Source of the DNA: a virus
Taxonomy: Duplodnaviria; Caudoviricetes
Strand: one strand, 5' to 3'
Length of the DNA: 48,142 nucleotides
Virus record (IMG/VR): IMGVR_UViG_3300031949_000061
Location: 1 to 48,142 of that record
This document shows positions 26,246-34,867 of this stretch, in pieces (position 1 is the first letter of the stretch; each line of letters opens with the position of its first letter). The translations under genes were made by a program, and so were the position numbers. Below the pieces are notes generated by a model. The model was not told where the DNA came from. It searched no databases and worked only from the letters and a program-made list of their open reading frames with translations.

Positions 26246-28499
26246 CTGGATAATGTCCTCCCATCCATCCTCTTGCTCGCGGTCGGACCATGTTCTTGAA
26301 TGCTTCAAGATCAGACTGCGGTTCCCTGGTGTGGTGCTTGAACGGATTAAGCTCCCTATCCTCATCAGCCTTAATGGCCCGTGCGAACGCTGCTTTCTGC
26401 GAAGCCCACGGGTCACTGGGATCAGCCGAGATGGCTGTGCCAGGAACCACGACAAGCTGCTGAGAGAAGATCGTCCACATCGCCAGATACCAAGCATCAA
26501 GGACGTGATCCCCACGGAACGGATCGGAGACTTGCCAGCCCTTACCGCGGGTAGGCCCAGACTCCCTGTCCTTGTCATCCGGCACGTCAATGGCCTGCAT
26601 CACCTGATCGTGCAGTGCGTAAGCGCCAGGAGACTCATCATCATCATGACTTACGTAGCCGTCAAGATGAAAGAGTAACTTGTTCATGCGCGCTGCGTTG
26701 TTGATGTACTCTGCATTCTCCCTACGCCAGTTCTCATTCATGGCAGTCATGTTCTGATGGCGGAGTGTGATGTCCGTGGGCCACATCATCCCTTCCTCTT
26801 CCATCTCATCGAATAGCTGAGCCAACGGCGGGTCTTTGTCCACGATGGTCAGCTTCCAGTTATCCTGGCTGCCGCCCAGATACTCGATCCAGTGCGGCAC
26901 GCGGGAATACAGCTTGATCAAGTTCTTCTTCATAGTGACCTTCACGTCACCGTTGTAGAATTCCCAGCAGGGCACGATCTTGTCGCCATCGTAGGCGATG
27001 AGGCAACCACCGAAGTTGTGCGGCCCCTGGTCGATACCCATGACGTAGCTCGCGCGAGCGAAGAACTCCCGCTCCATCTTGGTCAGATGGATCTGCTTCA
27101 CGAGTGAGAACTTGGCACCCTCCGCAGAGACGCCAAGGCCCTCAAACTCCGAAGCGTACTCGTCATCCGTAAGCTCCATACGCGCTGCCTTAAGCTCGCT
27201 CTTGACGTAGGACGGATTGCTCTCCGGCTTCATGTTGTAGACCAGCATGGAGATGTTCCACGCTGCGCCATTACGAATCAGACGATCTTCCGGTCGCCAG
27301 CGGACAATCTTGTTCGTAACAGGATCACGACCGGACATATTAGTCAATCGCCCAACGAATCCCCCAATTCCCTTTGGAGTACCCAATGCAATAATCCTAC
27401 CAAGACGCTCAGACATACGAGCCCGAAGCTCTTCGTAGATATCAGCAGGAAGCCAACCAGGCTCAGCGCATAGAGCGAACTCAAGAGCGTGACCCGTAAT
27501 AGACCCCTTCGATTTCGCTGATTTGACACGAAGTTCACTCCCCCACTTTGACTGCATGATCATCTCGCCAGACTTCTTGTCGTGCGAAATAGTGATCATC
27601 TTGTGGAAATGCGGGTAGAAAAGAGACTCAAGAAAGCGCTTCAGATAGAAGACTTCCTTGCTCGTGCGGTCGTATGTCTCACCAAGAATCCAGACCTCGA
27701 CGCCAGGAATGAGGAACCCGAGGACAGCATAAATCGCCAGCAAGTATGATTTGCCAGCGCGGGCGCCTCCCAGTCCCACGATGTGTCTCTCGGGTGCTGT
27801 AAGAATCACGACTTGATCGGGGTGCGGAAGCATCCCCTTGTTCATAACCTTGATAAGCTCCATCTGCCGGCTGAACCGGTCAGGGAGTGCAAGCTCTACT
27901 GGTGTAGCGTTATTACGCTTACGCCAAGTATCAAGGGCCTTGTTTGGGATGGCGGCTAGGGGGAATGACTGATGGCAGGAAGGGCAGTGGGCTGTCTGAT
28001 AGCGCCACGCGAGATTAATCCACAGCCAGATGAGATTGATGTCCTTCCCAGGGTCATGAAGCTTCTTCATGATCTTCAGAGCGTTGAAGCGGTTGGCCGC
28101 CTTCGTATGCTCCGAGTCCCGCATCTTCTCCAGAATCTTGAAGGCGTAGTCACGGAGCCTGCCCTTGTGGAGATCTCCGAACTCCTGCTTCAAATCGATC
28201 TTGGCCTTCTCCTCGGCCACGCGACGGTTCTTGATGCGCTCGATCTCGGTCTTGACGCGAGGAGTCTCAGCCAGATTCCTGGCCTTCTTGTGCTCCTTAC
28301 TGTTTGGCTCACAGCGCCAACCAAGAGCAATCCTAGCTGCCTCAACCGCGCCCATCCCTGTCTCAGCCATCAGTTTCGCAAGGTGACCCTCCCTTGGGCT
28401 CAACTGCTTCCGATGACCGCTGCGTGGGCCGCCGCTAGTCGGAGTCTCTTCGTCCTGGCTGTTCGAGTCGTCGTCCTCGTCCAGATCCTCGTCGCTCAT
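26235..28499 (-). CDS. terL: Terminase large subunit with N-terminal TerS-like extension
   Basis: Walker A GGARAGKS, coupling motif LGTPKG, EYASEFEG, nuclease MGIDQG and DHVLDA; start re-called to MSDEDL after GGGAG. Confidence 0.85.
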   Translation of the reverse strand: MSDEDLDEDDDSNSQDEETPTSGGPRSGHRKQLSPREGHLAKLMAETGMGAVEAARIALGWRCEPNSKEHKKARNLAETPRVKTEIERIKNRRVAEEKAKIDLKQEFGDLHKGRLRDYAFKILEKMRDSEHTKAANRFNALKIMKKLHDPGKDINLIWLWINLAWRYQTAHCPSCHQSFPLAAIPNKALDTWRKRNNATPVELALPDRFSRQMELIKVMNKGMLPHPDQVVILTAPERHIVGLGGARAGKSYLLAIYAVLGFLIPGVEVWILGETYDRTSKEVFYLKRFLESLFYPHFHKMITISHDKKSGEMIMQSKWGSELRVKSAKSKGSITGHALEFALCAEPGWLPADIYEELRARMSERLGRIIALGTPKGIGGFVGRLTNMSGRDPVTNKIVRWRPEDRLIRNGAAWNISMLVYNMKPESNPSYVKSELKAARMELTDDEYASEFEGLGVSAEGAKFSLVKQIHLTKMEREFFARASYVMGIDQGPHNFGGCLIAYDGDKIVPCWEFYNGDVKVTMKKNLIKLYSRVPHWIEYLGGSQDNWKLTIVDKDPPLAQLFDEMEEEGMMWPTDITLRHQNMTAMNENWRRENAEYINNAARMNKLLFHLDGYVSHDDDESPGAYALHDQVMQAIDVPDDKDRESGPTRGKGWQVSDPFRGDHVLDAWYLAMWTIFSQQLVVVPGTAISADPSDPWASQKAAFARAIKADEDRELNPFKHHTREPQSDLEAFKNMVRPRARGWMGGHYPDES

Positions 28500-28665
28500 C
28501 TTTGAACTCCCAAGGTGCGCCAGCATGATCCGGCGTCGTAACTGCCAGCGCCTTCCGCATGGCCTCGATTATCTTTTCATCGGTCGTCATTCGTGCCCGC
28601 TTCGTCGATTCAGACTCCCGCGGCATCAAATCAAAGAGATCGTCCGCCGAAAGCTCCCTACTCAT
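28435..28665 (-). CDS. Hypothetical protein
   Basis: MSRELSADD start after AAGAAGG; overlaps the terL start. Confidence 0.45.
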   Translation of the reverse strand: MSRELSADDLFDLMPRESESTKRARMTTDEKIIEAMRKALAVTTPDHAGAPWEFKDERRGSGRGRRLEQPGRRDSD

Positions 28666-28876
28666 CCTTCTTCTCAGGCTCATTCATGTTGGCAACGGTA
28701 TTACTAGTGGCAGGACCGTAAGTAATCTTCCAGAAAGGTTCAGTGACAGTAACGACAGGCTGAGGGCAGGAGAAGCACATCATGATAGTAGGAGCGTAGA
28801 CTCGCCCACATTTAGGACATTCCCAGCCCATCGGAGTGACAGTGAAGGTAGAAGGAGGCCATCCAAAATACGACAT
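28658..28876 (-). CDS. Small Zn-ribbon protein
   Basis: GWECPKCGRVYAP...CFSC. Confidence 0.65.
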   Translation of the reverse strand: MSYFGWPPSTFTVTPMGWECPKCGRVYAPTIMMCFSCPQPVVTVTEPFWKITYGPATSNTVANMNEPEKKDE

Positions 28877-28878
28877 AG

Positions 28879-29178
28879 TTAGCTCCCATAGCTCTTGAGG
28901 AGCAGCGTAACAATCGCCACCCCAGTAGAAACGATAAAGGAAATGAACCCAGCCATCCTCTTCAGGGACATCTCTTTGCCCTCGTGCTCACCAGCCGCGT
29001 GCGCAAGCTGAAGTTGAACATTGTCGAGCTTCTCAGATAGTTCACTTAACTTATCATCTAATTTTGAGAATTGCACCCTATCCTGCTCTGTATGTATCTC
29101 AAAGAGCTTAGCCATATTAGCAAAATGAGTAGTCAGGACCGCTACTTCTACTTCTATAGTACCATGAGGTTCAGCCAC
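28879..29178 (-). CDS. Holin-like/lysis-associated membrane protein (coiled coil plus C-terminal TM)
   Basis: Follows the endolysin; C-terminal MAGFISFIVSTGVAIVTLLL. Confidence 0.6.
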   Translation of the reverse strand: MAEPHGTIEVEVAVLTTHFANMAKLFEIHTEQDRVQFSKLDDKLSELSEKLDNVQLQLAHAAGEHEGKEMSLKRMAGFISFIVSTGVAIVTLLLKSYGS

Positions 29179-29698
29179 CGAAGCGCTCCTTCATGGCCTT
29201 ATCAATCTGGGGCCAGCTAAGAATGTGAAGCGGACTGGAAGCCGGTCGAAACTGAATATGGACAGCATCGGGAGAACTTCCCCAGAAATAGCCAGCGGTC
29301 AGACCGTGGAACTGGGCTCGCTCGGCGTAGAACTTATAACCAGGATGCCTATCGTCCCAGATGGCCTCTCCATTGGGGCCAACCACGAAGCAGTCTACGG
29401 CTTCACCGAACTGATGAAAACTTTGACCGGGAAGCGCGTTGGTGGCCCACTTCCCGCTAGAGGGGCCAGCGTCCATGAGCACTCTAGAAAGATAGGGAGC
29501 GCCCGCGGCAGCCAGCCGGTCGCGGGCCTTGATGATCTGGTCGAACGTGCGGGACTGACGCCACAATCTGGCTTGGGTCCACGGGTCACGGAATGTGAAG
29601 AATGGACGAAGCTCGTGCCCTGTATCCTTGCAGTCGGCTAGCGTAAGTTCCACCTTGGAGCGGAACTCAACGACCAGATCTAGTAGATCAGCGGCCAT
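29171..29698 (-). CDS. Endolysin, peptidase M15 family (L-Ala-D-Glu-type)
   Basis: FRD..TQARLW, TNALPGQSFHQFGEAVD, DAVHIQ. Confidence 0.85.
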   Translation of the reverse strand: MAADLLDLVVEFRSKVELTLADCKDTGHELRPFFTFRDPWTQARLWRQSRTFDQIIKARDRLAAAGAPYLSRVLMDAGPSSGKWATNALPGQSFHQFGEAVDCFVVGPNGEAIWDDRHPGYKFYAERAQFHGLTAGYFWGSSPDAVHIQFRPASSPLHILSWPQIDKAMKERFGG

Positions 29699-30651
29699 TA
29701 CTTCTTGCTCCTGTAGGTACCATAATGCCTGTTCACCGCCTCAACGTACTCCTGAGTCTCCTTGAACGGAGGGATGCCATTGTGATCATCAACATTCTTC
29801 ATACCGGCATTATAAGCCGCAATCGCCTTGGTAGTGTCACCATGATAACGACTGATCAACATGGCGAGGTATCGCGTACCACCACGGATATTCTGTTCCG
29901 GGTCAGTCACGTCGGCCACGCCCATATCCCTGGCGGTGGCCGGCATCAACTGCATGAGTCCGCGAGCGCCAGCGCTAGACAAGGCGACAGGATTAAAGTA
30001 GGACTCACGATGAATCACTGCCTTCACCAAAGCAGGGTCAAGTCCATTACGACTGGCCTCGCGCTCAATGATGGTGTCGTAGGCGTTCGTATCAGTCCTG
30101 CCTTTAGCATTGCGGGGGACAGCCCTCAGAGGACGACTGTAGAGATTGACTTCTTCGGGATTGACGTAACCAGCCCCTCGGACCTCATAAGACGCCTTAC
30201 GAAACGATTCGTCATCGGCAAATGCCGGGACAGAACGCCCCCGAGCACGGCCAGCGATCTGTCGCTGCCTAACGGCATCCAGAATACTGGGATTACTCCG
30301 AGGAACATCAAAGACACCCACAAGCCCAGACACAGGAGACTCAGGTCGTACAGATTCTCGCGGTTTAGACGGCGCACCGCGGCGGGGTAGATCATAGTGA
30401 GCGGCAAACTGCTCCACGAGGGAGGGATCAAGTCTAGTTCGCGTCGTTTCATTGATCTCTTTCTGATCCAGAACAGTCTGGGCAGCTTCCTTGGCAATAC
30501 CAAGCTCGGCGGAAGCCTGCTCCATCTCCTGAGGAGTGGGAGGCTTGTTGACGGCAGCGAGAGTCTGATCGAAGATTCCGGCCATGAAGTTATCTCCAAA
30601 AAGTAACAGAATGGTCGCGCAGATATATCTGCGCGTTGTGGGGATAGTCAT
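29698..30651 (-). CDS. Lytic transglycosylase (SLT domain) with long N-terminal extension
   Basis: AVIHRESYFNP.ALS.AGARGLMQLMP, AAYNAG, PPFKETQEYV; two possible starts (30651, 30585). Confidence 0.9.
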   Translation of the reverse strand: MTIPTTRRYICATILLLFGDNFMAGIFDQTLAAVNKPPTPQEMEQASAELGIAKEAAQTVLDQKEINETTRTRLDPSLVEQFAAHYDLPRRGAPSKPRESVRPESPVSGLVGVFDVPRSNPSILDAVRQRQIAGRARGRSVPAFADDESFRKASYEVRGAGYVNPEEVNLYSRPLRAVPRNAKGRTDTNAYDTIIEREASRNGLDPALVKAVIHRESYFNPVALSSAGARGLMQLMPATARDMGVADVTDPEQNIRGGTRYLAMLISRYHGDTTKAIAAYNAGMKNVDDHNGIPPFKETQEYVEAVNRHYGTYRSKK

Positions 30652-30679
30652 TTCACTTCCTCCCTAGTGATCGCTCTAC

Positions 30680-31009
30680 CTAGCGACTGCCTCTCCTCAG
30701 ATACTCAGCTAACTTCTCAAGACGTTCAGGATCATCTGCTACGGCTCCTAGAGCTAGATTGCAGGGCTGACAAAGAAATCCTCTAACTACTCCAGTAGCA
30801 TGATCATGATCTACGCAAATGCCCTTCTTACCGCCTTCAGATCCGCAAACTTGACAATTAGCAGGTACATCTACAGACTTCACACCATAACGCATTAGAT
30901 GCTTAGAACGACTACAAGTCTTGCAATATCCCTGATGACCGTGCTTGTGATGATTGTGGAACTCGTTAAGAAGCTTCTCTTCCTTACATGCAGAGCACTT
31001 CTTCATCAT
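30680..31009 (-). CDS. Endonuclease VII-like homing endonuclease
   Basis: CQVC...[23 protein letters not shown]...LAEYL; start taken at MMKKCSAC overlapping the upstream stop. Confidence 0.85.
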   Translation of the reverse strand: MMKKCSACKEEKLLNEFHNHHKHGHQGYCKTCSRSKHLMRYGVKSVDVPANCQVCGSEGGKKGICVDHDHATGVVRGFLCQPCNLALGAVADDPERLEKLAEYLRRGSR

Positions 31010-31359
31010 GCAGTAGTAACCTTCTTGATACATGCCTCTTGGTATTCAGGGCAGATCTTCTCGTTCGAGTGCTGGTGGACACGATTATCTTGCTCGTGAG
31101 AAACCCAGCCTCTAATGTTCAACTCTTCCTCAGGGATCAGCCAATGCCTACGATGACGGCACATTGGACAATTACCCAATGACATTTCCTCAGCAAACAT
31201 GACCTCGAAAAAGGAGGCTCCCTTCTCGGACTCAAGGATCTCATTGATGATCTGGAGGCGGGTGGCCTCGGAGGTGTTGGGGTCTGCCAACATCTCAGCG
31301 AGCGCCGTAGCGTTCGCCTCATCGAAGTCTTCCATCATCGAGCCATTACCGTCAGCCAT
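31006..31359 (-). CDS. Hypothetical acidic protein with CxxC..H motif
   Basis: First gene after promoter copy 6; [12 protein letters not shown]. Confidence 0.7.
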   Translation of the reverse strand: MADGNGSMMEDFDEANATALAEMLADPNTSEATRLQIINEILESEKGASFFEVMFAEEMSLGNCPMCRHRRHWLIPEEELNIRGWVSHEQDNRVHQHSNEKICPEYQEACIKKVTTA

Positions 31360-31374
31360 AGTGTGCAACTCTCC

Positions 31375-31411
31375 CTATTAGATAATACCGTTTCGATCAA
31401 TCATCAGTCCA
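31375..31411 (-). promoter_or_regulatory. Phage-specific promoter element, copy 6, driving the lysis-terminase-glycan operon
   Basis: TGGACT-GATGATTGATCGAAACGG-TATTATCTAATAG. Confidence 0.8.
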
Positions 31412-31419
31412 AAATAATG

Positions 31420-31960
31420 ATCATTACCAATCCAGGCACACCTCTCATAACGAGGACTGCCGCGGTTGATCAAAACCGGCATCCAGGGCCACAGAAGAAG
31501 TTTCCTATACTGCTTCTTTCTGTGCTCTAGTTGCTAAGAGCGCTCTTCTCGCTTGCTGCGCAAGCTCAAAGAGCCTGTATGTATATTACTATAATAGAAA
31601 CGTTTCCGACCAGATTTCTCCCAGAGATTCAACCCCATTGAGCTAGTCAGTGACTTCTTTGCCGATACTACTGTGGCAGCCTTGCGGGTCGCCTCGGCGC
31701 GTGCGTCACACGCTACAGTCCATCTATACTGATTCTTGCTGTGTTCTAATTGTTAAGGCCGTTCTTCTCATCATAGCGAGGGCAATTACCCTCTCGGCAT
31801 GGGTCATACTTCTTTATACTGGCGTGCCCGAGGTCCACGCTCCCAACGTCCCCACCGTGGTACGCATCCACAGCGCCTTGTTCCCAACCAGTAGAGGGAA
31901 GACTACCCCCAGGGGAAATTAAATTCCCGCTGGGGGGAGCGACTTTATAAAGGAATTTCA
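31420..31960 (-). ncRNA. Candidate structured non-coding RNA expressed from promoter copy 7
   Basis: No convincing ORF; consecutive hairpins (see findings). Confidence 0.4.
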
Positions 31961-31965
31961 TCCCT

Positions 31966-32002
31966 CTATTAGATAATACCGTTGCCGGAATTGTTTCATC
32001 CA
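31966..32002 (-). promoter_or_regulatory. Phage-specific promoter element, copy 7 (divergent pair with copy 8)
   Basis: TGGATG-AAACAATTCCGGCAACGG-TATTATCTAATAG. Confidence 0.75.
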
Positions 32003-32006
32003 AACT

Positions 32007-32043
32007 GGGACACAACTTTGCGCGAAACGGTATTATCTAGTAG
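32007..32043 (+). promoter_or_regulatory. Phage-specific promoter element, copy 8
   Basis: GGGACA-CAACTTTGCGCGAAACGG-TATTATCTAGTAG. Confidence 0.75.
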
Positions 32044-32055
32044 AGGGGGCGCGCC

Positions 32056-32262
32056 ATGTCGCTTGAGCATACCGGAGAATGGATGATAGATACCGCCGGA
32101 GGTGGTGTTTCCGTAAGGCTCTATCACGTTCACGAGCAGGAGGAGAAGACGTGGAAGATACTCAGCGCCGTGATCGACGGCAAGTGCAGGGCATGTAAGG
32201 CGGAGGCACCGAAGTCTCTTCGGATACGGGTGGCCTTCTGGGGGATCAGCGATGATGCCTGA
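32056..32262 (+). CDS. Small Zn-binding protein (family A)
   Basis: LYHVH...KCRACKAEAPKSLRIRVAF. Confidence 0.65.
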   Translation: MSLEHTGEWMIDTAGGGVSVRLYHVHEQEEKTWKILSAVIDGKCRACKAEAPKSLRIRVAFWGISDDA

Positions 32263-32818
32263 CGACCCCCGAGAAGCTAATGATTACGTTCTGATGCCCA
32301 GGCCCTATGAGGGTGCAAGTCCTATGGCTGATGCGCTGTGGACTACACTTTGGGTAAACTGTAGGAATCCGGTTTACTTGACGTTGGATGACCAGAGAAG
32401 GACGCACCCGTTGGTGCCCATCAGTCCGAGGATCGCCCTGTCTCTAAGAGATAAGGACGTGGTGTGGGTTCATCTCTGCGAGCCTCGCATCCTCTACAAG
32501 CGTCTCCGTCAACTCTATGCTACTATGGTGTACCGGCAGAAGCGAGAGATCATCAACAAGAAGATCACCGAAATAAAGATCGATATCTACGACAATCCGA
32601 CACTTTCAGAAGCCCACTCAGAGAAGTATAAGATCTTGATGAATGGCATCTACGTCAAGAACTTCATGGAAGAGGTTCACTTCGATTTCAACTACAAAGT
32701 GGGCTGGACGAAGGCCACGTGGTGCAAGTGTAACGGCTGCGCCCGGTACACGCTCACAGACAGACAACGCGCGATGATCACACTCCAGAATCTAGGAAGG
32801 GGTATCCATCATGGTTGA
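32252..32818 (+). CDS. Hypothetical Zn-binding protein (family A)
   Basis: VHLCEP; C-terminal CKCNGC...RQRAMITL. Confidence 0.65.
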   Translation: MMPDDPREANDYVLMPRPYEGASPMADALWTTLWVNCRNPVYLTLDDQRRTHPLVPISPRIALSLRDKDVVWVHLCEPRILYKRLRQLYATMVYRQKREIINKKITEIKIDIYDNPTLSEAHSEKYKILMNGIYVKNFMEEVHFDFNYKVGWTKATWCKCNGCARYTLTDRQRAMITLQNLGRGIHHG

Positions 32819-33467
32819 CGCACTCGACGACATCAATTGGAAGCAGATCTTCTACCGTCATCGCGGGGACGCTGGCGGAGGGAAGAACAAGTTCTCGCGG
32901 CTGCACGAGCCCGTGCCTATGGTGCTCGACTTCCAGTCCAACGTCTTCAGGGTCATGGAGTGGATCACCCGTTACGGGCGCGCCACGGTGCATACCCAAA
33001 GCGATACGGCGCTGCTGCTCCCGGTGGGGGATCAGTGGTTCACCTCGAATCTTGAGATGGAGGAAGGAGTCTTCTATCATTGTTGTGAGCCGCAGAAGTT
33101 CTTCCAGTACTACGATAACTACTGCATGAACTTCCTCCACTTCATGGAGCAGCCCCGCAAGGCGTTTCGCTCCACTCCCTATTTGACCATTTCCCGGGAT
33201 ATGCTGTGGAGTATGTTCAACTGCATCGGGAAGAACTACCACTATTCTAAGATCGACCAAATTGATATGACTGACCTCGGTCACACGGTAGACACCGGAT
33301 CGCTGGAACCGCTGAAGGAGCAGCTATTGGATTGGAAGGGAGAGTTCTACACCCCGACTCCGCACCTCGTGCCTATTGAGGAAGTAAGTAAGCATCGATG
33401 CAGTCGTTGTCCGAGCGAGATCCCGAAGCGGGCTCGTGCGTTCCAAGTGATCAAAAACATCATTTGA
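32811..33467 (+). CDS. Hypothetical Zn-binding protein (family A)
   Basis: YHCCEP; C-terminal RCSRCPSEIPKRARAF. Confidence 0.65.
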   Translation: MVDALDDINWKQIFYRHRGDAGGGKNKFSRLHEPVPMVLDFQSNVFRVMEWITRYGRATVHTQSDTALLLPVGDQWFTSNLEMEEGVFYHCCEPQKFFQYYDNYCMNFLHFMEQPRKAFRSTPYLTISRDMLWSMFNCIGKNYHYSKIDQIDMTDLGHTVDTGSLEPLKEQLLDWKGEFYTPTPHLVPIEEVSKHRCSRCPSEIPKRARAFQVIKNII

Positions 33468-33481
33468 TCGAAAACCCAATC

Positions 33482-33802
33482 ATGAGCAAAATAAAACAAT
33501 ACTACAGTAGTGTAGAGTTCAACGGGGAGGCTGACTTCGCCTCCACGGCTTCACTATGTATGGACTGTTGGGTGTTCACCGTCATTAAGAGCAAGCAACC
33601 CCACCCCTGTGCCGCGTGCCTTGGTAAGAAATTCCAACCTACGCCCGCCACAGAGCTTGACTTCATGGCCGCTTTCGGCATCCCGCGACCCTCCATGCCC
33701 GTAGAAGTAGCCCAGATTCAACTCATCGCTGATCAATTAGATCATTACCAAGAGCAGCAAGAGCAGCAGATGGCGGAGATGCTCGCGAAGGATAGCAAAT
33801 GA
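33482..33802 (+). CDS. Small Zn-finger protein (family B)
   Basis: CMDC...CAACLG...PTPATELDF; start re-called to MSKIKQ. Confidence 0.6.
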   Translation: MSKIKQYYSSVEFNGEADFASTASLCMDCWVFTVIKSKQPHPCAACLGKKFQPTPATELDFMAAFGIPRPSMPVEVAQIQLIADQLDHYQEQQEQQMAEMLAKDSK

Positions 33803-34059
33803 AGAAGCGTCGAAAGGGGAAACGTCGCCTCATGCCGCCCCTGCCCGGCTACATGGCCATCTATAGCTCGCTCGAATTCAAGGAGTGCGTCGAATGCGCT
33901 GTCTGCCGGTGGGCTCGCCCGGGCAGAGGCGGTGGCGGTCACCACACTACACCGTGGGAGGGAACTTCAATAGTTGAACGAAAGCACTTCTACTCACGTC
34001 GTCCTAACCTTGTGGTGATGATTGAACAATCAACTTTCGGAGGTAAGGGCCTACAATGA
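33799..34059 (+). CDS. Small basic hypothetical protein
   Basis: ATGA overlaps at both ends; CVECAVC. Confidence 0.55.
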   Translation: MKKRRKGKRRLMPPLPGYMAIYSSLEFKECVECAVCRWARPGRGGGGHHTTPWEGTSIVERKHFYSRRPNLVVMIEQSTFGGKGLQ

Positions 34060-34241
34060 CTGAAGAAACATTTGAACGAATGTTAGAGGAGGCCGCGGTC
34101 GCGGAATCTGATGTTGAAGTATTTGCAATAGGCTGCCGGATGTGTGGCGGAATGGGCTGGCACGAATCCACGGGCTGGGAGGAGGCGGAGATGCTTGAGC
34201 ACGACATCAATCGCAGAGAGCGGCTAAAGTTCAATGAGTAA
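34056..34241 (+). CDS. Small Zn-finger protein (family B)
   Basis: GCRMCGGMGW; GGAGG RBS. Confidence 0.65.
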   Translation: MTEETFERMLEEAAVAESDVEVFAIGCRMCGGMGWHESTGWEEAEMLEHDINRRERLKFNE

Positions 34242-34575
34242 CTTCAACTTCTGTGGCGTGCGTGTACCTAAAGATGATGCCCGTGCTATCCAAATGTACA
34301 ATTCCGTCAGGGGCTTGATCGATTATCTCTGCTCCTGCGTCCGTGGCGAAACCGGTCGTTTGAACAGCCACGGAGTTAATCAAATCCAACGCTACGGTTG
34401 CCGCGTGTGCGGGTACACCGGAATACTCCCGACCCCTCACCGGGAGTTCGACCTTGGGGTAATAGAAGCAATACTCAGAAGCAATACGAAGGCGATCCTG
34501 AGAGAGCTAGATGCCCAAACCGAGGAGTCCATGAGAAATGATTATGACCGAATTGTCCAAATCAGAAACTCCTAA
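34234..34575 (+). CDS. Small Zn-finger protein (family B)
   Basis: YLCSC...GCRVCGYTGILPTPHREFDL. Confidence 0.7.
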   Translation: MSNFNFCGVRVPKDDARAIQMYNSVRGLIDYLCSCVRGETGRLNSHGVNQIQRYGCRVCGYTGILPTPHREFDLGVIEAILRSNTKAILRELDAQTEESMRNDYDRIVQIRNS

Positions 34576-34867
34576 GATCCATTACACCAACGCGCTGGCC
34601 GAATACTACTGCGAGTGCCTCAAGTGGGTGCACCTCTCTTCCGTAACCCTCTCTTCCTTCTACGCTTCCGTAGCCCCCAGACCCCCCGCCACGAGCTTAG
34701 TGATGAGCCAGTCATGGCCGGATCTAGAGGACTGCGATAAGTGTGGAGGGACAGGGATATTGCCCGTGCCCACCCAAGAGTTGAACTTACAGGTGACGGC
34801 GGAACTACAAGTAGAGCGTGCGAAGGAACTGGGTAAGATCAGGGACGAGCTTAGGAGAGGCAAATGA
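34538..34867 (+). CDS. Small Zn-finger protein (family B)
   Basis: YYCEC...DCDKCGGTGILPVPTQELNL. Confidence 0.7.
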   Translation: MIMTELSKSETPKIHYTNALAEYYCECLKWVHLSSVTLSSFYASVAPRPPATSLVMSQSWPDLEDCDKCGGTGILPVPTQELNLQVTAELQVERAKELGKIRDELRRGK

